A stretch of 59,211 nt of DNA from Actinomycetales bacterium (lineage in GTDB: Bacteria; Actinomycetota; Actinomycetes; JAJZTN01), in NCBI GenBank assembly GCA_051960855.1, contig JBQCDV010000084.1, positions 1 through 59,211 on the forward strand, read 5' to 3'. A model generated the notes under the pieces. It was not told the origin of the DNA and ran no database searches. It was given only the letters and a program-made list of their open reading frames with translations. The translations under genes were made by a program, and so were the position numbers. Of this stretch, positions 51,906 to 59,211 are shown piece by piece (position 1 is the first letter of the stretch; each line of letters begins with the position of its first letter).

Positions 51906-54062
51906 GTGACCCGCAGCAACACGGCTCTTCAACTCATGCAGATGCACGATGTCACGCACTTCGACGGCGATGCCGCTGCTCTGGCCTCGACCGGGGTCCT
52001 GCCCCAGCGGGTGCTCTCGCTCCTACGCAAGAGCGACAAGCCCGGTGAGGACAACTGCTCCTTCGAGGTGCAGGAGCGCAGCATCAACGCCCTCATCAGC
52101 AAGGGCAGCTTCGTCCACGACCCCCGGCCCATCGCGCAGGGCGGCGACCGGCTCCAGCAGGTCGTGTCCGGCTGGCAGAAGACGGCCAACCGGAAGAAGA
52201 TCGCCGAGGTCATCGAGATGGCGACCTCGGGGCGCTACCACGCCGTGGTCGTCTACAAGATGGACCGCCTCGGACGGCGCGTGTCCGAGGTCTCGGAGTA
52301 CCTCGAGCACCTCGCTGACCACAACGTTCTCCTCATCTCGGTCGTCGAAGGCGTCTTCGACCTACGCGACCCCATGCGCATGCAGTTCGCGCTCTTCCTC
52401 GCGGTGCAGTCGCAGGGCGAGAGCGCGAGCACCTCCCAGCGCGTCAGGAACGACCGAGCGACGCGCAAGTCCAAGGGCGCATGGCTCGGGGGGCCGCCCC
52501 CCTTCGGCTTTGAGGTCGACGCGGACCTGGCCGCCAACGGCGAGCGCGTCTACAACCGCACCCCCCAGGGGACGAAGCGCCTGCGGCTCAGAGCGACCGA
52601 GGCAGCGACGCTGCGACTCATCGTGGACTGGATCTGCGTCGAACGGATGAGCACCATCGCGGCCGTCCGCAGGGCCAACGAGGAGGGGCTGCGCAACCGC
52701 GAGGGCAAGGAGTTCCGCTACCAGCACATCCGGAACCTGCTCCGCAGCCCGGTCCTCTTCGGCGGCATCCCCGAGAGCGACTACGACAAGGCGACCGGTC
52801 ACGTCATCGAGCGCTCCCTGCGACCGGCCGTCGACGACGCCGGGAATCCCCACGTTGTCCACGAGCCGCTCATGTCGCTCCAGGAGTGGCTGCAGCTCCA
52901 GAGGCTGACGGGGCAGCGGGCCACGTGGATCAAGTCACGTTCAGCGCACGCTCCATTGCTCGCGGGGCTCATCAGGTGCGGCGCCGGTCCGCGCGGGGCT
53001 GACGGCGCCAAGGCCGCGGGGGGCTGCGGTGCACGGATGTACGGGTCCGGCTCGCCTCACGCGAAGAGCAGCTACACGTGCCGGGTCTCGTGCAGCAACC
53101 GCGGCCGCTGCGCCGGCAACACGGTGACGCAGGTGGCAGTCGAGGAGTGGGTCACGGCCGTTTTCCTCGAGCTCCTCAGCGCGCCGGACTTCGCCAGGCA
53201 GCATGCGAAGCTCGTCGCTCAGGCCCTCGACGACCGGGACACGCTGGCGGCCACGCTGCTCAAGCAGCTGAACGTGCTCCAGGAGCAGCTGCCAGACCTC
53301 GAAATGGCGTCTCGCACCAAGTCCGGGCGCGCGCGCATCCTCGCGATCGACGCCGTCGAGGAGACAGAGAGGCAGGTCGCCGAGACGAGGGCGCAGCTCG
53401 TGGCCCTGCAGGTCGTGCCCGACTCCCTGCACCCGTTCGTCGGCCACGACCCCGCGGAGGTGTGGCGAGCAGCGACCCAGGGCCAGAGGAGCGCATGGCT
53501 GGCGACGGTGTTCTCGAAGATCGAGGTCCTTCCGTCCATCCGGGGCCGCGGCGCGCAGGCCGGCGGCTTCGGCTCACGTGGGCTGGACCCACGGCGGATC
53601 CGCATCCACACCCACCACAACCCTGACAACCCCATCGTCGTCGCTGACGACTACCAGCTACCGGCACCCGACCTCGGCGGCAGCGTCACCTGCCCGGACT
53701 GCGACAAGGAGCTGAGGAACTGGGCTGCACTCGCGGCCCACCGCCGGTGGGCCCACGGAGTGGTAGCCGCGGCGAAGGCAGCCCGAGGTGAGACCGCCAA
53801 GGAGTACCGGTGCTACGAGAAGGGCTGCGACCGGGTGTACTACGTCGAGGTCCCGCTGCGGAACCACCTGTACAGGGAGCACGGGATCACGCAGGGCTAC
53901 CCGTGTCCGCAGTGCGAGCGGACGTTCGCGCTCCCGGCTCACCTCGGCCGCCACCTGGGGACGCACCGCGACGAACGAGACGCGTGCGAACTCTGCGGCA
54001 AGCTCGTGAAGCACGGCGGCCTGCGTCTCCACAAGGTGCGTGCGCACGGCAACCCGAGTTAG
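51906..54062 (+). CDS. Large serine recombinase with four C-terminal C2H2 zinc fingers
   Basis: LRKS catalytic Ser (52032-52034), SG, KMDRLGR, ESASTSQRV, GGPPPFGF, HEPLM, LLAGLIRCG...CG...YTC...C zinc ribbon, coiled coil, DPRRIRI; then four C2H2 motifs; AGGAG RBS before GTG 51906. Confidence 0.93.
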   Translation: MTRSNTALQLMQMHDVTHFDGDAAALASTGVLPQRVLSLLRKSDKPGEDNCSFEVQERSINALISKGSFVHDPRPIAQGGDRLQQVVSGWQKTANRKKIAEVIEMATSGRYHAVVVYKMDRLGRRVSEVSEYLEHLADHNVLLISVVEGVFDLRDPMRMQFALFLAVQSQGESASTSQRVRNDRATRKSKGAWLGGPPPFGFEVDADLAANGERVYNRTPQGTKRLRLRATEAATLRLIVDWICVERMSTIAAVRRANEEGLRNREGKEFRYQHIRNLLRSPVLFGGIPESDYDKATGHVIERSLRPAVDDAGNPHVVHEPLMSLQEWLQLQRLTGQRATWIKSRSAHAPLLAGLIRCGAGPRGADGAKAAGGCGARMYGSGSPHAKSSYTCRVSCSNRGRCAGNTVTQVAVEEWVTAVFLELLSAPDFARQHAKLVAQALDDRDTLAATLLKQLNVLQEQLPDLEMASRTKSGRARILAIDAVEETERQVAETRAQLVALQVVPDSLHPFVGHDPAEVWRAATQGQRSAWLATVFSKIEVLPSIRGRGAQAGGFGSRGLDPRRIRIHTHHNPDNPIVVADDYQLPAPDLGGSVTCPDCDKELRNWAALAAHRRWAHGVVAAAKAARGETAKEYRCYEKGCDRVYYVEVPLRNHLYREHGITQGYPCPQCERTFALPAHLGRHLGTHRDERDACELCGKLVKHGGLRLHKVRAHGNPS
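53691..54047 (+). other. Tandem C2H2 zinc-finger array within the recombinase
   Basis: ZF1 53691-53756 Cx2Cx12Hx4H; ZF2 53811-53882 Cx4Cx12Hx4H; ZF3 53904-53966 Cx2Cx12Hx3H; ZF4 53985-54047 Cx2Cx11Hx4H. Confidence 0.92.
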
Positions 54063-54077
54063 TCCCAGCAGCGATCG

Positions 54078-54118
54078 CGCAGGGGGCGGGAAGCGGACCT
54101 GCTTCCCGCCCCCTTGCG
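54078..54118 (+). terminator. Terminator hairpin after the recombinase
   Basis: AGGGGGCGGGAAGC...GCTTCCCGCCCCCT 14-bp stem. Confidence 0.75.
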
Positions 54119-55204
54119 TCGCGTCCTCGCCGGTCCTCGATTGTGTCTTGGGTGGGCGGCGGGAACCGGTGTCGTCCGGCTGCGGGCCGCCCGTCGCCCT
54201 GGCGACGGCTCGCAGAGCAACCCTTCTCCGCCCCGGAACTCGGTTAGCCAGCAAGGCCTTGGTGCCCTTACCGCAACAGATCGAAGGCGGGGGCGTCAGC
54301 CGCCTGGACGTCGTCGACGCGCCACTCCGGGCACAACTCCTTGAGTTGCCGGCGCCTACGGACGGTCCGCACTGTTCGGTCCGGCCCCCGGCTAGCTTCC
54401 GGCGGGATGAGCATGGCCGTTACTGTCCCGTCGCCACCTGCGACGAGCGATGTGTCCTGACACGATGTCACCTCTCGCGAGGGGCCCAAAGTGACGACGG
54501 ACGCTGCAGATTGCCCAGGCCAAGTACAGGAGCCTGAGCGCGCGGGTTCAGGAGCCGCCGGTGCTCATCGCGGCGTGTCGCGCGGTCTCCAGCGCTTCTC
54601 AAGCCCCATAGGACGAAGCCGGCCCCGTCCAACAGTCTGGACGAGGCCGGCCCGGGTCGCTACCAGGCTAGGCGGCCAAGGGCTGCTCCCCGCGACCTAC
54701 GCCGTCGGTCGAGGACGTGCGCGACTTCAGAATCTCGGCCGTCACAGCGGCGACGTGGGCTGCAGCGAAGGGCGGCAGGGGAAAGCGTGCAGCCGTCTCC
54801 GCCGCGAGGGTGAGGAGGGCAGGGGACAGGTCCATGGGTTGGCTCCGTAGTTTGTTTGTCGGGCAGGGACGACTGCACGGTGCTGACCTCACAGACATGG
54901 GCAATCGCGCCGGCATAGAAGGCCACGGGCAGATGTGGCTGCATGCCTCCGCCGACCTTGGCTGGCAACACCGCAAGGGCACGCCAGTCGGACGCAGCGG
55001 GCCGAGGAACCTGCTACTAGTGAGAACACCGGGCCGCGCGAGCCAGACCTCCGGAATGGAACGCAGGACCGTCCTACGCAGGCAGAGGCGCAACTTCGGC
55101 CTCTTTGCATTCTGGGCCGGCAACAACGCCGTCTGTGATTTCGCGACGAGGACTTCTGCTGGGCTCTGCCGAGTCCGTCCCCCCGCTAGTCATCCGCCGC
55201 GGCA

Positions 55205-56725
55205 TCAAGGCTTGGCAGGTTGGAGTCTCTCGGCCGCCGACGGCGGCGACCCAGGGTCATTGCCCGGGAGGTCCACCGCGGGCCGGGGGCCGCTGCCCGG
55301 TCGGACCGCAGGCACCCACCGCCCCCCCTCGATGCGCCACAGCGGCCCGTTGGCTCCCTGAACTTCGACGCCATTGGTCAAGGACAGCCTGACCGCACCC
55401 TCGCGCTGGCAGGCTGCGACGACGTCTGGGGGTGGCCGGTGCCGCAGGCTTCCTAGCACGAGGATCCCCGAGCCGATGCTGAGCCCGTGGTTGTTGAACC
55501 AGACGTAGCCGTGCTTTCGGGCGACGAACAGAAATGCCGAGACGGCCTCAGCCACGAAGGCGACGGGCCGTCTAAACTTCGCAGCCACCTCCGCCACTAG
55601 ATCGTCAAAAGCGATCACTAACCCCAGGCGGTCGTCGAAGCCGTGGAGGAGCTCCGTCTTCCAGTGTTCAGGGTGAGCCCGAAAGTCGAATTGCTTCGCG
55701 CTTCCTGCACTTGCAACAGCCGGAGGCTTTTGACCGGCGCCGAGCAACTGCTCGCGGCGAATCCGCCACGCCTCGTGCTGACGACGCTGCTGCTCGTCGA
55801 TCCATCGCTGGCGGCGGGCCTCGCGCTGCCTCCGGCGTTCCTCCTCCTGGCGGGCACGGCGTGCGGCGCGAGCAGCCTCCCCCGCATGCCGTGCGAGTTG
55901 TCCATACAGGGCGGGGGTGAGTACCCCCTCGCGTTCCAGGCGGCAACTCTCGAGGCTCTCGACCTGCAGCGTGGCCGTGCGCACTTCGGATGCGCTGTCG
56001 TCGTCCGCCAGCAGCTGGGTCTCCTGCCAGGAGAGGAGGCCGGTGCCGATGAGCTCCTCGAAGGGGTTGATCCACAGCAACGGGAGGCCAGCTGCGGCCG
56101 CGGCACGCGTCACCGCCACCAGGGTCACGTCGGCCGGCCCGGAGGCGTAGAGCTTAGGGGCCTGCTTGCAGTACCGGGGGACATGCCCCCAAAGCCACAC
56201 GTCCGTAATGCCAAGGCGCACATAGCCGGCATGCCGAGCTCGCCACTCCTCCACGGTCAGCGGCGAGTACTGCACCTCGACGGCCACCTTGTGTCCGGTG
56301 ACGCCGGTGATGAGGACGTCGGGCTTGCGTCCGTTAGGCAGCACGACCTGGTCCACCTCCACCGTCAGCGCGGGGTTGGCGCTGCGGGCCCAGCGACCAA
56401 TGAGGTTCTTGGCTGTCAGGTGCGCCAGCGTCTCGGCCTCGTGGACAACGCTGGTGTTGGGCAGGTGCCTGAAGTGATCTCTGCGAGTTCCGCCGCTGGT
56501 GGTGAACCTCGGCGCTGGGCAGTCCTCGACGGGGCACTGCAGCTCGCCGGTCTTGCACCGCGGGCGCACCGCGTCGGCCTGCCCTCGCTCGAGGAACACC
56601 AGCTCCAGGCCGGGCGCGGTCGTGTCGCGAGCAAACAGTTGGCGACCGGCAACCTGCTCGAAAAACCGGCGGTGTGCGTCGTCGCCGGTGTTCGCACGCA
56701 CCGGCGCAACCGCGAAGTGCCCCAC
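55205..56725 (-). CDS. CoiA-like zinc-ribbon + PD-(D/E)xK nuclease
   Basis: CPVEDC...DHFRH, ETLAHLTAK, RKPDVLI...VAVEVQYS, DVWLW; Arg/Glu coiled coil; start uncertain. Confidence 0.75.
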   Translation of the reverse strand: MGHFAVAPVRANTGDDAHRRFFEQVAGRQLFARDTTAPGLELVFLERGQADAVRPRCKTGELQCPVEDCPAPRFTTSGGTRRDHFRHLPNTSVVHEAETLAHLTAKNLIGRWARSANPALTVEVDQVVLPNGRKPDVLITGVTGHKVAVEVQYSPLTVEEWRARHAGYVRLGITDVWLWGHVPRYCKQAPKLYASGPADVTLVAVTRAAAAAGLPLLWINPFEELIGTGLLSWQETQLLADDDSASEVRTATLQVESLESCRLEREGVLTPALYGQLARHAGEAARAARRARQEEERRRQREARRQRWIDEQQRRQHEAWRIRREQLLGAGQKPPAVASAGSAKQFDFRAHPEHWKTELLHGFDDRLGLVIAFDDLVAEVAAKFRRPVAFVAEAVSAFLFVARKHGYVWFNNHGLSIGSGILVLGSLRHRPPPDVVAACQREGAVRLSLTNGVEVQGANGPLWRIEGGRWVPAVRPGSGPRPAVDLPGNDPGSPPSAAERLQPAKP

Positions 56726-56936
56726 GCCCCCGTTGTGACCGCTTGGGTCGGTCGCCCCCACCACGCTTCGGAAGCGTACGCGGAAGCGAGCTCAGAAACG
56801 GGTTGACCCGGCCGGGCTCGCAGACGCTAATCACTTCGGGCTTGCCACACGACCACAAACGACGGGCGACCCGCTCCTCGCATCAGGACCACCACGAGAG
56901 ACGTGAAGAATCGGATGCGCAACTTCCGTCGAGCCC

Positions 56937-57396
56937 CTACGCGGTCAGATCGGGAATGACGACGTGCAGCCGTGAGCCGTCGGGGAGGCCGGCGTCCACG
57001 AAGGCAGAGCTGAGGTCGAGCCTGCGCCCCGACCAGGCCAGCACGCGCTCGACGAGATTACGCACCTGGGACTCGGTCAGGATCACCGTGGTCAGCTCGC
57101 TCCGGCCCCGACGGGCCGCGAAGAACTGGTCGGGTGCATTGAGCCAGACCTCCTCGACCTCCGGGTCATCGAGCAGCTCTTGCAGAGGCCCCAGACCTGC
57201 GACCGCGTCGAAGGCGGCGCGGGCCGCGACGTCGAGGTCCCCGAGCGGCGGGAGCGGCGCCGACAGCGTGCGCCGGTCCTAGTCACGCACGACCTCGTCG
57301 ATGAGCTCGCGCAGCTGCTCCTGCTGTGTCGCCGGGTCCAGGCCCCGCTGCCGCACGAGCAGGCGCACCTGCTCCTCGACGTGCCAGTCCACTCAT
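56937..57396 (-). pseudogene. cpaF: CpaF/TadA pilus ATPase, N-terminal remnant
   Basis: GLGPLQELLDDPEVEEVWLN...GRRLDLSSAFVDAGLPDGSRLHVVIPD; frameshift just after the ATG, internal TAG at 57279-57281, ends before Walker A. Confidence 0.87.
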
Positions 57397-57545
57397 TCTG
57401 CTCTCCCCGTAAGGCTTCGCGTCCCGGCGACAACAGCCGCAGGAAGGACCAAACCGGGTGGGAGGTTAGCGATCAGACGTCGCGGACGGAATCCCTCAAT
57501 CCACAGCCCCCCGTCTGCGCTCCCTACCGAAGTGGTCGTGACGGG

Positions 57546-57563
57546 GGTAGGGCCAGCCCTACC
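57546..57563. promoter_or_regulatory. 8-2-8 inverted repeat, likely binding site of the NarL-type response regulator
   Basis: GGTAGGGC-CA-GCCCTACC upstream of the kinase gene. Confidence 0.55.
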
Positions 57564-57620
57564 GTGGGGACACCGGCGGACGCCATGGGCAGCAGGGGTC
57601 CGGACGACCAGGGTGGAGGT

Positions 57621-58970
57621 ATGTCAGTGACCACGTCCTTCACCGCCCCCATTCCCGCCGCCGATGAGCCCGGGAGCAGCGCACCTAGGCGCAGCATCCG
57701 CCTGCTTGCGCCGCTGGCCGACCCACGCACCTGGCTACGCACCCTGCACCTGCTGCTGAGCCTGCCAGTCGGCACGGTGTCGTTTGCCTTCTTCGTTACC
57801 GCCGTGTCGCTGTCATTCGGCTTGGTGCCCCTGGCGCTGGTCGGCGTGGCCCTGCTGGCTGTCACGGTGCTCGGCGGCCGGGTTTTCGGCAGCGTCGAGC
57901 GCGCCCGGGCGCGTGCTCTGCTCGGCGTCGAGGTAACCCCGCCCCCAAGCGTGCGAGGGGGCGAGCGCGGCCGCGCCTTGCTCCGCACGCTCCTCACCGA
58001 CGCCGCAGGGTGGCGTGGCCTCCTCTACGGCCTGCTGCTCCTGCCGAGCGGCGTCATCGGCTTCACTCTGGCGGTCACGATCTGGTCGCTGGCCCTGGCG
58101 GGCATCGCCGCGCCGCTGGTGATCTGGCTGACACCGGCTCCCGACGTCAACTTCATCGACATCCCCGGCGTGCCGCTGTGGGCCCGAGTCGTGGTCGCCT
58201 TCGTGCTCGGGGTCGCCGCTCTGCTGGCCGCTCCGCACGTCGTGCGCGGCTGGGCCGCTGTGGAGGCAGCGCTCGTGCGAAGCCTGCTGGGCGCGACGTC
58301 GATGACCGAGCGGGTGCGGGAGCTCGAGAGCAGCCGCGACCGGGCCGTCCAAGCCGCAGCTGCAGAGCGCCGGCGAATCGAGCGCGACCTGCACGATGGG
58401 GCGCAGGTCCGCCTCACTGCCCTCGCGATGCAGCTCGGGCGGGCCAAGGAGGCGCTGCCGGACGACTCCGAGGACCCGGTCGTGCGGAGCAGCGCTGCGC
58501 TCGTGCGCGACGCCCACGAGCAGGCGAAGGCCGCACTGGTGGAGGTGCGCGCCCTGGCACGGGGCATCGCGCCCGCGATCCTGTCCGAGCGTGGGCTCGA
58601 CCCCGCGCTGAGCAGCCTCGCGGCCGCCTCCCCTGTGCCCGTCGACCTCGAGGTGTCGCTGCCCAGCCGGCTGCCGGAGCGTGTGGAGAGCGCCGCCTAC
58701 TACGTCGTCGCCGAAGCGTTGGCCAACGTCGCCAAGCACAGCGGCGCCAGCCGGGCCCGGGTCGAGGTCAGCTGCGGCCCCTCGTCCAGCCGGGACCAGG
58801 TGCTGAGGGTGCTCGTCGGTGACGACGGCCGCGGCGGCGCCGCTGCCCGCCCCGACAGCGGCCTGACCGGACTCGCAGCCAGGCTCGCCGCGCTCGACGG
58901 CCGCCTCACGGTGACCAGCCCGACAGGCGGACCGACGACGGTCGTCGCCGAGGTGCCATGCGGGTCGTGA
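57621..58970 (+). CDS. Membrane sensor histidine kinase (HisKA_3/DesK-like)
   Basis: Four TM segments, ERRRIERDLHDGAQ, EALANVAKH, DDGRGG, SGLTGL. Confidence 0.94.
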   Translation: MSVTTSFTAPIPAADEPGSSAPRRSIRLLAPLADPRTWLRTLHLLLSLPVGTVSFAFFVTAVSLSFGLVPLALVGVALLAVTVLGGRVFGSVERARARALLGVEVTPPPSVRGGERGRALLRTLLTDAAGWRGLLYGLLLLPSGVIGFTLAVTIWSLALAGIAAPLVIWLTPAPDVNFIDIPGVPLWARVVVAFVLGVAALLAAPHVVRGWAAVEAALVRSLLGATSMTERVRELESSRDRAVQAAAAERRRIERDLHDGAQVRLTALAMQLGRAKEALPDDSEDPVVRSSAALVRDAHEQAKAALVEVRALARGIAPAILSERGLDPALSSLAAASPVPVDLEVSLPSRLPERVESAAYYVVAEALANVAKHSGASRARVEVSCGPSSSRDQVLRVLVGDDGRGGAAARPDSGLTGLAARLAALDGRLTVTSPTGGPTTVVAEVPCGS

Positions 58971-59211
58971 TCGCCGAGGACGCCGTCCTCCTGCGCGAGG
59001 GCCTGTCGGGCCTGCTCGCCGGCCGGGGGCCCCGCCTCCGGGGGCCCGGCGGCCCTGGCCAGGGGCGCCGGGGCGGGGGGGGCCCGGTGTTGTCGGGCGC
59101 GGGCGGCCCCCCCGGGGGGGGGGGTGGGTCCGGGGGGGGGCGGGCCCGCCCCCCCCGCGGGCCCGCCCCGACGACCTCGCCCGGTGGGTGGAGGGCGGGC
59201 ACCGTGACGCC
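58958..59211 (+). CDS. NarL-type response regulator, 5' part (sequence degrades after ~59020)
   Basis: MRVVIAEDAVLLREGLSGLL overlapping the kinase end. Confidence 0.75.
   Translation, partial: MRVVIAEDAVLLREGLSGLLAGRGPRLRGPGGPGQGRRGGGGPVLSGAGGPPGGGGGSGGGRARPPRGPAPTTSPGGWRAGTVT

Larger units (their letters stand above)
36441..56936. mobile_element. Defence-type genomic island (boundaries approximate)
   Basis: Cluster of nucleases, R-M genes, helicases, gene remnants and a serine recombinase between core genes and a truncated cpaF; no confirmed attL/attR. Confidence 0.65.

Noticed and set aside
54885-54893. GACCTCACA matching the core of the 36441-36484 palindrome as a possible second att site
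   Set aside because: Only 9 bp with weak flanking similarity; a chance match is plausible in a region this size.
59020-59211. G/C homopolymer runs resembling a G-quadruplex or phase-variable tract
   Set aside because: They replace the expected response-regulator sequence at the end of the window and are depleted of A; most likely low-quality sequence.

Overview
High-GC actinobacterial chromosome window. Positions 1 to ~36 kb are mostly ordinary genome: the end of an ISL3 element, hppD/Lrp, a TPP-enzyme/GMC/enolase operon, thioredoxin, an SF2 helicase, malic enzyme, old yellow enzyme, c-di-GMP proteins, LCP, PTH2, a secreted peptidase, and the conserved ssrA-smpB-S41-M23-ftsX-ftsE...sua5-prfB block. 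From ~36.4 to ~56.9 kb, between prfB and a dead, truncated cpaF/tadA gene, lies a defence-type island. It carries an orphan ORF plus an XRE-ImmA/IrrE regulator, a PD-(D/E)xK nuclease, an mrr remnant, a two-gene Fe-S nuclease/SF1 helicase module, a Type III R-M system, a CoiA-like nuclease and a large serine recombinase. The most striking observation is that this recombinase continues in frame into four tandem eukaryote-style C2H2 zinc fingers, i.e. a natural zinc-finger recombinase fusion. A concentric 44-bp palindrome at the island's left edge could be its att site or an XRE operator. The tmRNA tag is also atypical, with two cysteines and a CALAA end. The last ~190 bp look like low-quality sequence. 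All family calls come from motif recognition by eye; no searches were run.
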